A stretch of DNA of 46,336 nt from a virus, in the IMG/VR virus record IMGVR_UViG_3300026255_000010. One strand, 5' to 3'. The notes below the pieces were generated by a model that searched no databases, was not told where the DNA came from, and worked only from the letters and a program-made list of their open reading frames with translations. This document shows positions 44,974-46,336 of the stretch, piece after piece (the stretch's first letter is position 1; every line of letters begins with the position of its first letter). A program made the translations under genes and the position numbers.

Positions 44974-46336
44974 TGCCCATCCTCCACCTGGCCGTTTTTC
45001 AGAGCCGCACTAAACCAAGGCTGAAAAAGCGATTTGCAACGACTGTAAAACCTGGCCCACGAAGTATCTAATATCCAGGTTTCTGAGAAGTCATCAACTG
45101 ATCGCGTGCATCTGCCAGCCGATTGCATCACCGCAACGGCAGCATATGTATTGTACCTCAGATAATTGTCGTGGTTATTCCGGTACTTGATGAACTCATC
45201 CGATAGGTTCTCAAAGGGGACTTTTGCGATGATGTTCATAGGATATTCCGGCCCCTTCAGGTCTAGCCCTTCGGCGAAGGCAACGGACAGGAATATACCG
45301 TCTTTCGCCCCCATCCAGTCTATCCTGGCCTTTTCTCGATCTTTCTGATCCTGCAGAAAGACGTTCTTCGTGTCGCTCAGGCAGTCATAGATCAGCCGGG
45401 CAATGTTGTAAGCTCCACAATGGACTATAGTATGCTTCTGGTGCTTTGCATGGAGCCTTTCTATTGCTTCGGCCATCTTCGGAGCGGTGGTGGCCCGCTC
45501 TTGGTAGTTCATCAGGCCTTGAGGTGCATAGTAAACCATCCGGCGATCTATCGGTATGGGGTGGTCTATCTTAACCTTCGCGAACTCTTTTGTCAGCAGG
45601 TCCGTTGCAGGTGTACCACTGGCCAGGACGATCAGCTTAGTGTTTTCTGCAATATCCTTGAATGCCGGCCCGGCGTCTAGGAGCCTAAACTTTCGTTCCC
45701 GGTCGATGATATAGGGATCTTTCTTATCGATATGCGTAAGGATCTTGGCGCACTTATTCGATATCCTTTCGTACTTCCTCTGCTCCTTTTTGGCAACCAT
45801 CGCAGATTTCAGATCGTCATCCTGCACGAATTCAGCAACCTGCTCAGAGATGTCCTCGACCCATCCGTTTACATCTTCATAGTATGCTGTCATCGTTGGG
45901 CGGAAGTCGTTTAGGTCAACCTCTTCAGGAAGCTTGAGCGTCGACCGCTCCAGGAGTACCTTCTCGATGCTGGCAGATTCATCTATCAAGAGCACTTTAG
46001 CGGCCATGTGCACGTTTGGATCTGACATATATTTGGCAAAAGTGGTAGCACCGAAGGGTATCCTGTCCCAATCAGAGGCCGCAATATAGTATAAGCAGTC
46101 CTTGAAGAAGGGGCATTTCGCTATTGCTGCCTTCTTTGCTCCGAACGGGCACTCATCTGCAGTGAACTCCGGGTTATTGGCACAAGGATAGTTCCGCCTC
46201 CCCCGGAGAACAGGCATCGCGGAAAACTTAGGCTCTTTATCGAGCTGATCTACCAGGGCAACCAGCGGCGTGGTATAGATGACCTTATCAATTCCTTTAT
46301 CTTTGGAAAGGCACATTCCAAGGACGAATAAATCCA
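44970..46336 (-). CDS. XPD/Rad3/DinG-family SF2 helicase with Fe-S-type Cys cluster (5' end beyond window)
   Basis: YTTP...LVDQL, RGRRNYPC...CP...CP...C, LIDES, LASGT, EGLD, QSAGRCTR; frame open to the window edge and Walker A absent. Confidence 0.8.
   Translation of the reverse strand, partial: DLFVLGMCLSKDKGIDKVIYTTPLVALVDQLDKEPKFSAMPVLRGRRNYPCANNPEFTADECPFGAKKAAIAKCPFFKDCLYYIAASDWDRIPFGATTFAKYMSDPNVHMAAKVLLIDESASIEKVLLERSTLKLPEEVDLNDFRPTMTAYYEDVNGWVEDISEQVAEFVQDDDLKSAMVAKKEQRKYERISNKCAKILTHIDKKDPYIIDRERKFRLLDAGPAFKDIAENTKLIVLASGTPATDLLTKEFAKVKIDHPIPIDRRMVYYAPQGLMNYQERATTAPKMAEAIERLHAKHQKHTIVHCGAYNIARLIYDCLSDTKNVFLQDQKDREKARIDWMGAKDGIFLSVAFAEGLDLKGPEYPMNIIAKVPFENLSDEFIKYRNNHDNYLRYNTYAAVAVMQSAGRCTRSVDDFSETWILDTSWARFYSRCKSLFQPWFSAALKNGQVEDGQ

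Noticed and set aside
1-46336. Circular genome joining the two window ends
   Set aside because: No terminal repeat; joining the ends does not supply the missing helicase Walker A, so the window looks simply cut
609-46336. Numerous long antisense ORFs in the track (e.g. 609-1472, 23660-24301, 41240-42043)
   Set aside because: Shadows of well-supported genes on the other strand, with no motifs or RBS

Overview
Most or all of a tailed dsDNA archaeal virus genome (Caudoviricetes, siphovirus-like). GGTGA/GGAGG ribosome-binding sites, TATA boxes, a GINS-like gene and S-layer-type cargo point to a methanogen-like host (inference). Almost all genes are on the minus strand: a replication/recombination block (XPD/DinG-type helicase cut by the window edge, GINS-like protein, ERCC4 nuclease, DEDD exonuclease), then terS-terL-portal-protease/scaffold-MCP-neck, and finally tail completion, two tail-tube paralogues, chaperone, tape measure, hub, Dit and a beta-helix receptor-binding protein. 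An ~8.7 kb accessory block (about 17960-26690) splits the neck module. It holds a complete diversity-generating retroelement (target with VR, hairpin, TR, RT) with no recognisable avd but a small RT-coupled beta-rich ORF. It also holds an RHH regulator with a palindromic operator facing a ~340-nt hairpin-rich candidate ncRNA, plus membrane/secreted proteins. TR and VR differ at 30 of 117 nt, all at TR adenines, and all 12 TR CA dinucleotides read CG in VR. Three non-autonomous IS200/IS605 elements with mappable ends carry one IsrB and two TnpB nucleases, each with a different target motif; one splits an AbrB-like gene. No integrase, tRNA or CRISPR array was seen.
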